This document shows positions 27,516 to 35,921 of a stretch of DNA of 64,000 nt, piece after piece. Every line of letters starts with the position of its first letter. Positions within the stretch are counted from its first letter, which is position 1. The notes under the pieces were generated by a model. That model made no database searches and had not been told where the DNA came from. It worked only from the letters and a program-made list of their open reading frames with translations. The position numbers and the translations under genes are program-made. The DNA comes from Christensenellaceae bacterium (lineage in GTDB: Bacteria > Bacillota > Clostridia > Christensenellales > UBA1242). The DNA lies in the NCBI GenBank assembly GCA_031260975.1, contig JAISKJ010000001.1, positions 5,463-69,462 on the forward strand, written 5' to 3'.

Positions 27516-28139
27516 TTATTCCTCATCATGCCCGCAGCAGCCGCACCCGCAGTGGTGGTGATAATGTTCACCCCCGCAACAATCGTTTCCGTCATCAGGC
27601 AGCGCCCACACATTTATGTCAAGCATTTTTATCTCAAATCCCGGATAAGCTTTAAGCAGCGTCTCATCATCAGGCAAAAACGGCAGTCCCTCGTTTTTTA
27701 AGATTAAGCTTTCAACCTCGTCGTCAAGCTTATCCTGCAAAAGCTGCATGCACTCGCCAATGCTCGCTATATCCTCAACCGAACAAAATTCAAATCCGGG
27801 CAAAAAACCTACAAACTTCACTTCGCCGTCTTTTGTTTCATTCTTTACCATAGCGGGATATGCCGCCACCATAAGAGTGCGCTTAACCAGACCCGGCATA
27901 CGTACTATATCTCCAAAGTCCTGCTCTTTTGCGACTGTTTGTGATTTGGCTTTTGTTTTGGCCTTCTTTGCCTCTGCCTTTGTGTTCTGCGCTTTAGCTG
28001 ACTTGCTCATTTTGACCCGCTGCGGTGCGGCCTTAGGCTGCTGTTTTTTGGTCTGCGCGCTTACATTTTGTTTTTTGACAGCACCAGCCTTTACATTTCC
28101 TTTTTTAACGTCAGTATTTTGAATTGTTCCTTTACTCAT
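27516..28139 (-). CDS. Lys-rich protein with a HicB-like core and a Cys/His-rich C-terminal tail
   Basis: Start at MSKGTIQ, preceded by AAAGGAGAA. The tail is CCGGEHYHHHCGCGCCGHDEE. Confidence 0.7.
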   Translation of the reverse strand: MSKGTIQNTDVKKGNVKAGAVKKQNVSAQTKKQQPKAAPQRVKMSKSAKAQNTKAEAKKAKTKAKSQTVAKEQDFGDIVRMPGLVKRTLMVAAYPAMVKNETKDGEVKFVGFLPGFEFCSVEDIASIGECMQLLQDKLDDEVESLILKNEGLPFLPDDETLLKAYPGFEIKMLDINVWALPDDGNDCCGGEHYHHHCGCGCCGHDEE

Positions 28140-28183
28140 AAATTTCTCCTTTAAAAGATAATACAATAAAATCAGCCGGCTTG

Positions 28184-28486
28184 TCAAATAAACAAAAACC
28201 ATATAAATGGCAATGCGCAAATTACAATAAAAATACCAATTATAGACACAATTGCCACCCAAAAATTCAGCTCACCAACAAATTTACTTCCTTCTCTTTC
28301 AGCAAGCATCAAACCAATATCACTCAAAACAAAAGAAAAGACTAAAAGCACAACGGAAATAATAAATGAAACAACAAATCCAAATAAGCCGAAAAAAATC
28401 AAAAAAATCAGGGGCAAATACTTCGCTAAACAAAGCGCAACAATGCCTAAACGAAATGATAAACTATGTTCTTGTGAAGATATCAT
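28184..28486 (-). CDS. small membrane protein
   Basis: 100-aa hydrophobic ORF. Confidence 0.45.
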   Translation of the reverse strand: MISSQEHSLSFRLGIVALCLAKYLPLIFLIFFGLFGFVVSFIISVVLLVFSFVLSDIGLMLAEREGSKFVGELNFWVAIVSIIGIFIVICALPFIWFLFI

Positions 28487-28537
28487 GTTTCTCCTTTATT
28501 TGCTAAAATTATACCTTCATCCTCCCCCATCTGTCAA

Positions 28538-28563
28538 ACAAAAAACCACCAAATGGTGGTTCT
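28538..28563 (-). terminator. rho-independent terminator after rpsR
   Basis: ACCACC-attt-GGTGGT, then TTTTTT on the minus strand. Confidence 0.7.
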
Positions 28564-28566
28564 CTT

Positions 28567-28848
28567 TCAATCTCCCTTAAATGGAAGCAGTGCAATATTT
28601 CGGGCTCTTTTTATTTCAACTGCCAATACTCGCTGGTGAGCAGCGCACACACCCGTCTGACGTCTTGAAATAATCTTGCCTTTTTCGGTCACATAACGCT
28701 TAAGCGTTGCAGTATCCTTATAATCTATCGCTTTACTCTTATCCACGCAAAACGGACAAACCTTGCGTTTGGGCATACGTTTCTGCTTTCTCGGAGCAGA
28801 TTTCTCTTCGCCCTTTTCATGCACTTCGGTCTTTATTTCTTCTGACAT
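28567..28848 (-). CDS. rpsR: 30S ribosomal protein S18
   Basis: [43 protein letters not shown]. Confidence 0.95.
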   Translation of the reverse strand: MSEEIKTEVHEKGEEKSAPRKQKRMPKRKVCPFCVDKSKAIDYKDTATLKRYVTEKGKIISRRQTGVCAAHQRVLAVEIKRARNIALLPFKGD

Positions 28849-28886
28849 TTTATTCTCCTTTTATTTAAGTTTTTATTTTTACCATT

Positions 28887-28933
28887 GTTAACACTTCGAT
28901 GCGCCCTTAGATGGACTGCTTTGAAGTGTTAAC
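28887..28933. repeat. perfect 11-bp inverted repeat (GTTAACACTTC/GAAGTGTTAAC) between ssb and rpsR
   Basis: Read directly. The 3' arm abuts the ssb stop codon and the loop is 25 nt. Confidence 0.6.
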
Positions 28934-29349
28934 TAAAACGGCATAGTGTCATCTTCAATAGGCTGCAGGTCGGTCACATCATTGTCGGAATTGGTGTTTT
29001 TGGGTGCACTATAACCTTCTCCGCCGCTGCTTCCTTTACTGCTTAAAAACTCAACTTCATCCGCTAAAACCTCTGTCACATAGCGTTTGGAGCCATCCTG
29101 AGCGTCATAACTGCGAGTCTGGATTGTCCCTACAACGCCGGCTTTGCTACCTTTTTTAAGATATTTGTGACAGTTTTCAGCCTGTGCTCTCCAAACTACA
29201 ATGGGTATAAAATCTGCCTCTCTCTCGCCCTGCGCATTGTTAAATCTTCGCTGAACAGCCACAGTAAACCTGCAATAGTTTATTCCGCTGTTGGTAGTGC
29301 TGAGCTCCGGGTCCTTTGTTAAGTTACCTACTAAAATTACTTTATTCAT
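28933..29349 (-). CDS. ssb: single-stranded DNA-binding protein
   Basis: MNKVILVGNLTKDPEL...TSWHRIVVW-like core (FIPIVVWRAQAE) and an acidic tip ending DDTMPF. Confidence 0.95.
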   Translation of the reverse strand: MNKVILVGNLTKDPELSTTNSGINYCRFTVAVQRRFNNAQGEREADFIPIVVWRAQAENCHKYLKKGSKAGVVGTIQTRSYDAQDGSKRYVTEVLADEVEFLSSKGSSGGEGYSAPKNTNSDNDVTDLQPIEDDTMPF

Positions 29350-29405
29350 AAAAACTCCTCAATCTTTTCTTCTTTTATAAACGCAAAAACTCAAGTTAAA
29401 CTTTT

Positions 29406-29690
29406 TCAGTCTCTTTTTATAATGATGGTTCTCAAAATTCCGTCGGTTATGTGCATAAGCTTTTCCATTTCAGAGCTGACTTTGGGGTCTGCTGAGTAAT
29501 TCATAAGCACATAAAATCCGTCTTGCTTAAACTTTATCGGATACGCCAAACGTTTGATGCCCATCTTTTCTGTGTTTTCAACAGTGCCTCCGCGAGAAGT
29601 TACATATTCACTGAACTTTTTGATGAGAGCCTCTCTCCCATCCTCGCTGACACTGGGCGTAATGATATAAAGCATTTCGTACTTTGTCAT
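29406..29690 (-). CDS. rpsF: 30S ribosomal protein S6
   Basis: MTKYEMLYIITP..., preceded by AAAGGAGG. Synteny rpsF-ssb-rpsR supports it. Confidence 0.9.
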   Translation of the reverse strand: MTKYEMLYIITPSVSEDGREALIKKFSEYVTSRGGTVENTEKMGIKRLAYPIKFKQDGFYVLMNYSADPKVSSEMEKLMHITDGILRTIIIKRD

Positions 29691-29912
29691 ATTTTTACCT
29701 CCTTTTGGACTAATCGGCCGGGCTTCCCGACAAGGATATGCGGAAAGAAAAAAACAAGTCTGTTTGTTTTCCGCAATCATAAACCAAACGGTTTACTCAC
29801 CTAATATAGCACAACCCAAACAAAAAAGCAAGACAAAAACAAACAAAAAGCGGGGTGCCCTATAGGCAATCCACACGCTTCAATGTTTCATACTTTACAT
29901 TTAATCTTAAAT

Positions 29913-31166
29913 CTATACACTCCCCTGAACATCAACCGTTACCTTAAATGTTATGTGCTTAATATATTCATCTATATTGGGGAGATTGTCAAGGAACTTT
30001 TTAAACTGACGCGTTCTGAACTTATAAAAAGTGTCATAGGCTTCAATAATATCAAAATTATTTTCCTGACTAAGCGTTATAGCTGTGTTAAAATCTTCTT
30101 CTATCTTTTCGGTTATAGCCGCCTTCAAAACCTTGTTTACATTTTCCTTAAGCATATGAAAATTATCAAGGGTATAGCCATCTTGTTTGACTTCAGCCAC
30201 CCTAGCCCTCACTTTAACCTTAAGCTCATATATAGGCGCACCGTCTTCAAAATAGGCCTTTACGTTAGAACTCTTATCCACAATCTCTACACCAACTGTA
30301 GCGTCCTTATACTGTTCACCTGTAACATGTTCAATCATAATGTTTCCGCTTGCGGTATCTTTAAAAAACCATCCGAAAGCTATAACCTCTTCCTTTTCAA
30401 GCATACGCACCTTTTTGCCGTGCTTCAATACAATAGCCTTACCTTCGTTTACAATCTTTTTCTTTCCGCCGCCGCTACCGCCCCCGCCACCTTCACTGCC
30501 GCTGCCGCTGCTGCCGCCCTCACTTCCGCTGCTGCTCTGATCTCCTCCCGATGAACCGGAAGAAGGTTCCTCTTTCACGTCAATACATCCCATACGCGAG
30601 CATCCCGATGGGCTGAAATAGCCTATATAAAAATCGCTCAAAAAAGTCTGCATTCCTCGCAGGTTTACGTTGCTAAACTCTCCCTCTCCTCCCATACTAA
30701 TCGCCAGCGAATTTTGCGTATCAGCGCTGGCATTCAAAAAATCTTTAGCACTCTGCGGTGTATAAATAAGTGCGATATAATTAGTATTAAGCTCAAATCT
30801 AACAAAGTAATCATAAATCTTGGCAATATCACCCTCTGTCACATCTTGGCTTATTACAATAGACTGACAGTGTGAAAACCCTATAGGCTTGCCGAGCTTC
30901 AGTGATAGGTCAGCAATAGTGGCGCTAATATCCCCGTTCTTGCTACTCAAAACATCCACCTTCTTATTAAACTGCCCGCTTGGTGTAGGCACTACATATT
31001 GCAGCGACACCTCATAGCCATTGTCACCGTTTTTATCTATGCCCACACTCGTAATAATCGCATCAGTCTTACTGTCCAAATCCCCAACAAGCACGCCCGG
31101 CAAAAATATTAATATAAGCAGTGCCATTATTATAACTACCTTATATTTTATCAACTTACTTACCAT
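29913..31166 (-). CDS. germinant receptor subunit C (Ger(x)C family), atypical
   Basis: Third gene of a gerA-type operon. The start is set at MVSKLIKYK. It contains a Gly/Ser-rich insertion and has no lipobox Cys. Confidence 0.75.
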   Translation of the reverse strand: MVSKLIKYKVVIIMALLILIFLPGVLVGDLDSKTDAIITSVGIDKNGDNGYEVSLQYVVPTPSGQFNKKVDVLSSKNGDISATIADLSLKLGKPIGFSHCQSIVISQDVTEGDIAKIYDYFVRFELNTNYIALIYTPQSAKDFLNASADTQNSLAISMGGEGEFSNVNLRGMQTFLSDFYIGYFSPSGCSRMGCIDVKEEPSSGSSGGDQSSSGSEGGSSGSGSEGGGGGSGGGKKKIVNEGKAIVLKHGKKVRMLEKEEVIAFGWFFKDTASGNIMIEHVTGEQYKDATVGVEIVDKSSNVKAYFEDGAPIYELKVKVRARVAEVKQDGYTLDNFHMLKENVNKVLKAAITEKIEEDFNTAITLSQENNFDIIEAYDTFYKFRTRQFKKFLDNLPNIDEYIKHITFKVTVDVQGSV

Positions 31167-32346
31167 ATTCACCTCGCTCCCGACCTTGAGGTCGCCGCGG
31201 CGTTCTAAATTTTTGCTGCCCTGCAGCATTACTGTCAAGAGGGTTTTGCGCCTTATCAGTCTTTGCGCCCGACCGGTCGGATTTAAGTCTGAAAGCAAAT
31301 ATCCAAAGCATAAAGGGTATTATAAACTGCACCAGATAATCAAAATACTTACCGTATCTTATGCCAAAGGCAGCAAGCTTTGCTATGTCAAAATTTATGC
31401 CGGCAGCAACTGCCAAAATTATAATACAAATAAGCATGCCTATTTGCCACTTATACTTGGTTCCTATTGCCTCCTGAGCGCAAAACTGCGAGCATACCCC
31501 CACAACAACGCAATATAAAAACATAGCACTGCACCATATAATCGCTATTATCCAATGTATGCTGGCAACATCCGAGCTTCGGGGCAGAATTGAAACTATA
31601 TCAGAATTTGATTCACTATAGTTGCCGGCGTTATAGTGAAAAAGACTTGCGTAAATCACATAGAAAGCAATAATTAATACAACCGTTATAAGAAGAGTAA
31701 GAATCATCGCACGGTTATGATTCTTGCTACGTTTAATGTTTCCCATAACCATTACGTAGACCAGAAAGTTTCCGGCCCACAGCGTATAATCAAGTGCCGG
31801 AACGGTTGAGCTTATAACGCCGTTTTCAAATATAGGCAACATGTTGCTGAAATCCGCGGGTATGCTTGCAAAAATCAGCACAGCCACAATCGCTGCCAGC
31901 ACAATCGGAACAAATATCTCCATAAGCCTGCCAATGCTCCTAAGTCCCATTGTTATGATATAAAACAACACTATAAGCAGAGGAATAGCAAAAGTAATCC
32001 ACTGCAAAGCCGAATAAAGCGTAAAATAAAGATATAAATAATAGCCCACAAACACAGCAATTGTACGCATCAAAAAGTGAACACTGAACAATATCAAAAT
32101 AATTTTGGCAACAACATTACCAAACATTTTGATAAGCATTTCCTTAAATGTCATATCGGGATATTTGTGGCTTAACCACAGCAGTACTATGGGCGCCATA
32201 AGCTCGAGTGTACCCAAAAAGAGCACGGCCACAGGGGTGTCATTATTAACAGCTCCCGAAAGCAGGGCCGGCAGAAACATAAGTTTAAAGGTTATCGCCG
32301 CTAGAATTAGCATAAAACACGCCTGACGGGTAGTTATCAGTTTCAT
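31156..32346 (-). CDS. germinant receptor subunit B (GerAB/APC-type permease)
   Basis: About 10 TM helices. Begins MKLITTRQACFMLILAAI, typical of spore germination permeases. Confidence 0.85.
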   Translation of the reverse strand: MKLITTRQACFMLILAAITFKLMFLPALLSGAVNNDTPVAVLFLGTLELMAPIVLLWLSHKYPDMTFKEMLIKMFGNVVAKIILILFSVHFLMRTIAVFVGYYLYLYFTLYSALQWITFAIPLLIVLFYIITMGLRSIGRLMEIFVPIVLAAIVAVLIFASIPADFSNMLPIFENGVISSTVPALDYTLWAGNFLVYVMVMGNIKRSKNHNRAMILTLLITVVLIIAFYVIYASLFHYNAGNYSESNSDIVSILPRSSDVASIHWIIAIIWCSAMFLYCVVVGVCSQFCAQEAIGTKYKWQIGMLICIIILAVAAGINFDIAKLAAFGIRYGKYFDYLVQFIIPFMLWIFAFRLKSDRSGAKTDKAQNPLDSNAAGQQKFRTPRRPQGRERGEYGK

Positions 32347-32347
32347 A

Positions 32348-33796
32348 TTACCGCCCCCTTGTTTTGTTGGTTTGGCCAAAGCTCATCGGACGTTTTTTCA
32401 TATCCTGCAAGTTTGCCTTCCGCACAAAGTCTTGCATATCGTTTTTCACAAACGGAGAATAGGGCGCAAGATAAGGCGCACCGTAATTGTCAAAATTAGA
32501 TAGATATGCCAAAATTGTTACGGCGCCAAGCATAAGCCCCTGCACCCCCATAATTCCACCCATAAAAGTAAAAAACAAACGAAGTATTGATATCTGCGAG
32601 CTCTGGTCGGGCACAACGTAGGTGGCTATGCCCGACACTGCCACAACCATTACGGCCGGAGGGCTCACCAGCCCCGCCTTTACTGCCGTATCTCCCAAAA
32701 TGAGTGCACCCACAATTGATATGGCAATACCCAAATATTTGGGCATTCGTATGCTTGCTTCAAACAGCATTTCAAAAAGTATCAGTATCAAAAATATTTC
32801 AAGCAAGGGGCTCAGCGGAAGATTTTGAGCGGAGTTCACGATAGTAGTAAGAAACCTAAGAGGTAGCAGCTTATAATGATAAAGCTCCATGGCCACATAA
32901 AGCCCCGGCAGAAGTATTGCAACCGCCATTCCAAAAAGCCGCATAATTCTTAAAAAAGCCGCTCTATAAGGCTCGGTATAATAATCATTACTGCTCTGAA
33001 TATCCTCCAGCATTAAAAAAGGAACCGTCAGAACCATAGGTGAGCCGTCTACAACAATGGCAATCCTACCCTCCAAAATTTTTGAGCACGCAACGTCGGG
33101 CTTTTCGGTGGAGTTTATTTGCTTAAACATGCTAAAGGGACGCTTTTCCAAAAACTGCGCGATATAAAAACTATCTATAATTCCGTCTATGTCAATTTTC
33201 TGTATTTTCTTCTTTACTTCACTTACAATCTTTTTGTCGGCAACATCGCTCAAATATACTATTTTCACAGCAGTTCTGGTACGCCTTCCTACAACCAGAA
33301 TATCCACCTTAAGCTTGGTGGTAAGCAGTCTTTTTCTGATAAGTCCCATATTGGTCTTAATGCTTTCGGTAAACCCCTCTCTCGGGCCCTTAACAACCGA
33401 CGAGGTTGGAGGCTCAATAACAGTGCGGCTTTCAAACTTGGCCACATCAAAACAAATAACCTCGCTAAACCCGTCAACAAAAAGAGCGGCGTTGCCCCTG
33501 AATATTTGTTCCAATGCCTCTTCATCGATTTCAAAAATCTTCAATTTTGAAACAACCGTAAAGTTGTTCATAATTTGTTGGATATTGTCAAACTTACCGC
33601 CGAGTGTGTTAATAGGCGTCAGCACGTCGCGGTTCAGCATGTTGGTGTCGACTATATCTTCCAAAAATATAAGCTTAGCAGATGTTCCGCCTATGACAAG
33701 ATCGCGCGTTTTAAAATCATCATTGTCATTAAGCCACTGCTTAAACTTGTCTGCTCTTTGCTGAGCTGTAATTTTTTGTTTCTGTGTTTTTTTCAT
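32348..33796 (-). CDS. germinant receptor subunit A (GerA family)
   Basis: LIFLEDIVD, GRIAIVVDGSPMVLTVPF and a C-terminal multi-TM region. GGAG lies before ATG 33796. Confidence 0.9.
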   Translation of the reverse strand: MKKTQKQKITAQQRADKFKQWLNDNDDFKTRDLVIGGTSAKLIFLEDIVDTNMLNRDVLTPINTLGGKFDNIQQIMNNFTVVSKLKIFEIDEEALEQIFRGNAALFVDGFSEVICFDVAKFESRTVIEPPTSSVVKGPREGFTESIKTNMGLIRKRLLTTKLKVDILVVGRRTRTAVKIVYLSDVADKKIVSEVKKKIQKIDIDGIIDSFYIAQFLEKRPFSMFKQINSTEKPDVACSKILEGRIAIVVDGSPMVLTVPFLMLEDIQSSNDYYTEPYRAAFLRIMRLFGMAVAILLPGLYVAMELYHYKLLPLRFLTTIVNSAQNLPLSPLLEIFLILILFEMLFEASIRMPKYLGIAISIVGALILGDTAVKAGLVSPPAVMVVAVSGIATYVVPDQSSQISILRLFFTFMGGIMGVQGLMLGAVTILAYLSNFDNYGAPYLAPYSPFVKNDMQDFVRKANLQDMKKRPMSFGQTNKTRGR

Positions 33797-33816
33797 ACCC
33801 AAACTCCAATTATGGT

Positions 33817-33846
33817 TAGTATGTTAAAACACATAAAAAATATCCA
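33817..33846 (-). promoter_or_regulatory. candidate forespore sigma-G/F type promoter for the ger operon
   Basis: On the minus strand: GGATA (33841-33845), 17 nt, CATACTA (33817-23). This matches the Bacillus GHATR-N17/18-CATxxTA consensus. Confidence 0.5.
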
Positions 33847-33869
33847 AAAAATACTACTCAGCAATGCTA

Positions 33870-33905
33870 CAAAAAAATAAGAACAAAGCAAACGCTTTGT
33901 TCTTG
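33870..33905 (-). terminator. rho-independent terminator after gmhA
   Basis: AAGAACAAAGC-gttt-GCTTTGTTCTT, then a T-run on the minus strand. Confidence 0.7.
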
Positions 33906-33907
33906 TA

Positions 33908-33989
33908 ATGGCACAACAGTCACACGAACGCTTCTGCAGACATCGTAGGTGTCAAAACCCTAGTGAGCGTAACTGTTATGCCGTGCCAT
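33908..33989. repeat. intergenic hairpin element D (module 1 family), overlapping the last codons of gmhA
   Basis: The arms atggcac/gtgccat, aacagt/actgtt and acgct/agcgt enclose the conserved core cttctgcagacatcgtaggtgtcaaaaccctagtgag. Confidence 0.55.
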
Positions 33990-34623
33990 ATAATTCATTT
34001 TCTAAAGCCAAGCACAGCAAGTGGTATACCGGCAAATGCAACTCCTGAATCTGATATACAATATCACTCGGCACATTCAGCAACACATCGCAAAGTCCTC
34101 TCAGTTTTCCGCCGCCGCTGCCCGTCAGAGCTATAACCTTCATACCTCTTATCTTGGCTACTTGTGCAGCATAACATACATTCTTTGAGTTTCCGCTGGT
34201 GGATATTGCCAGCAGAACATCTCCATGGTCTCCAAGAGCATTAACAAGCTGCGCAAAAAGCAGTTTTTCATTGCAGTCATTAAGAAAGGCCGTATTAAAC
34301 GCACAAAAAGAAGTGAGCGGAATACATTTGATACCCTGCTGTAAATTGTCAGCAATAAAATTACCCTCTTCGCCAAACTCCCTAACCAACTTATCTCTAA
34401 AATTAGAGCTCACTTGCCGCTTATTCATAAAAGATTTCAACAACTCCCCCGCAATATGCTCGCTGTCGGCAGCACTGCCACCGTTGCCGCAAACCAAAAT
34501 CTTATTTTTGGCAGTTGACTTAAAAAGTAGCTCCACCGCATTCTCCAACTGTTTCTTGAGCTCCGCCAAAGACGGATTTCTTTCAAAAAAATCTCTAAAA
34601 ATTTGCTTGGTTGTTTCTTTCAT
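33976..34623 (-). CDS. gmhA: SIS-domain sedoheptulose-7-phosphate isomerase (GmhA-like)
   Basis: ILVCGNGGSAADSEHIAGEL and ISTSGNSKNV. Confidence 0.8.
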   Translation of the reverse strand: MKETTKQIFRDFFERNPSLAELKKQLENAVELLFKSTAKNKILVCGNGGSAADSEHIAGELLKSFMNKRQVSSNFRDKLVREFGEEGNFIADNLQQGIKCIPLTSFCAFNTAFLNDCNEKLLFAQLVNALGDHGDVLLAISTSGNSKNVCYAAQVAKIRGMKVIALTGSGGGKLRGLCDVLLNVPSDIVYQIQELHLPVYHLLCLALENELYGTA

Positions 34624-34666
34624 ATTGCACCCCTTTTATTTATTACTTGTTTTTAAAAGCACAAAA

Positions 34667-35743
34667 TCATTTTACCTTGTCTCCCGCTTGCGGTATCACC
34701 CAGCTTTCGGCCCCATTGGGCGTAAGCTTAACAGGATACACCTTGCCTATCTCCTCCATACTGTTTTGCAGCTTTTGACGGTTTATAGGGTTACACAGCA
34801 TCAGCAAGAACCCGCCTCCGCCCGCACCTGACACCTTAATTGCCTCCGCTCCGCTTTTCATAGCGTGAGATATAATATCCTCAAGTTTTTTGTTTGAAAC
34901 AAATGACGAGGTTTTCTTCTTGTTTTCCCACGCCTCTCTGAAGGATTGCTTTATACCCTCAAAGTCCCCTATAAGCACGCAGTCTTTCATAAAGGCCGCA
35001 TTTTCTTTTATTTTCTGCATAGCATCCATAGCTGTCGTCTGCTTTTCGGTTTCTGTGTTTTTAATCTGGTCCTTTACAATGTTTTTGGCAAGCTCCAGCT
35101 GCACCTCGGCAGACTTTCGGCTTATTCCACTATAAAACAGCAGCATTGAACTTTCAAGCTCCAGAATACGCTGACGCGACAGGTGGAGCGAATTTACAAT
35201 AACATTTCCGTCTTTTCTAAACTCCATAAAATTAAACCCGCCAAAAACTGCGGCGTATTGATCCTGCTTTCCGCCCGCAAGTTTAAGCTCCTTACGCTCT
35301 ATATCATAAGCCATTGACGCTTTTTGATAATCACTGAGCCCAAGCCGAAGCCACTTGTCAAAGGCCTCAATTATGGCAATCACCATTGTCGACGATGTCC
35401 CAAGCCCCGAACCCACAGGCGCATCATTGCTGGTGCACATAAAAAATGACAGAGGTTTTCCATCGTTAAAATTTTTCACGATATGATTATACACTCCCCT
35501 GTGCAAAATGAGGTGGTCACCTATAATAGGGAGTTCAGTCACCGATTCGGTATCAATTGAATTTTTATTGTCATACGATTGAATTTTAATTCTATTATCC
35601 TGTGACGGATAGATTGTGCAATAAGCATACATACAAATTGCCGAATTAAGCACGCAGCCTCCAAAGCGATTGCTATACGACTCCAAGTCCGTTCCGCCGC
35701 CTGCAAAACCTATTCTAAGCGGTGCCCTGCTTCTTATTTCCAT
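34667..35743 (-). CDS. GHMP-family sugar kinase (heptose-7-phosphate kinase, HddA-like)
   Basis: SRAPLRIGFAGGGTDL, the GHMP motif PVGSGLGTSST and SGAGGGGF. Confidence 0.7.
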   Translation of the reverse strand: MEIRSRAPLRIGFAGGGTDLESYSNRFGGCVLNSAICMYAYCTIYPSQDNRIKIQSYDNKNSIDTESVTELPIIGDHLILHRGVYNHIVKNFNDGKPLSFFMCTSNDAPVGSGLGTSSTMVIAIIEAFDKWLRLGLSDYQKASMAYDIERKELKLAGGKQDQYAAVFGGFNFMEFRKDGNVIVNSLHLSRQRILELESSMLLFYSGISRKSAEVQLELAKNIVKDQIKNTETEKQTTAMDAMQKIKENAAFMKDCVLIGDFEGIKQSFREAWENKKKTSSFVSNKKLEDIISHAMKSGAEAIKVSGAGGGGFLLMLCNPINRQKLQNSMEEIGKVYPVKLTPNGAESWVIPQAGDKVK

Positions 35744-35921
35744 ATTTTCCCCCAAATCCACTGCCAAGCAGCGATTTTATATTCCGTCCAAAAATTCTTC
35801 CCAATCAAGCCCGCATAATAATTATATCACCGCCGCTGCCGCCTTGTCAACAAAGTGGACAGCGCAACAAAAAAATACTAAGGATGTCTTAGTATTTTTT
35901 CTATATCTTTACTATCTTTTA

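Noticed and set aside
29691-29880. Known S6:S18-binding rpsF leader motif upstream of rpsF.
   Set aside because: I could not confidently draw the characteristic helix with its internal loop from the sequence by eye. It may be present, but I cannot support it without a covariance-model search.
29883-30554. 223-aa plus-strand ORF.
   Set aside because: It is antisense to the gerC-type gene. Its poly-Ala/Leu tail is the mirror of the Gly/Ser-coding repeat. This is a shadow ORF.
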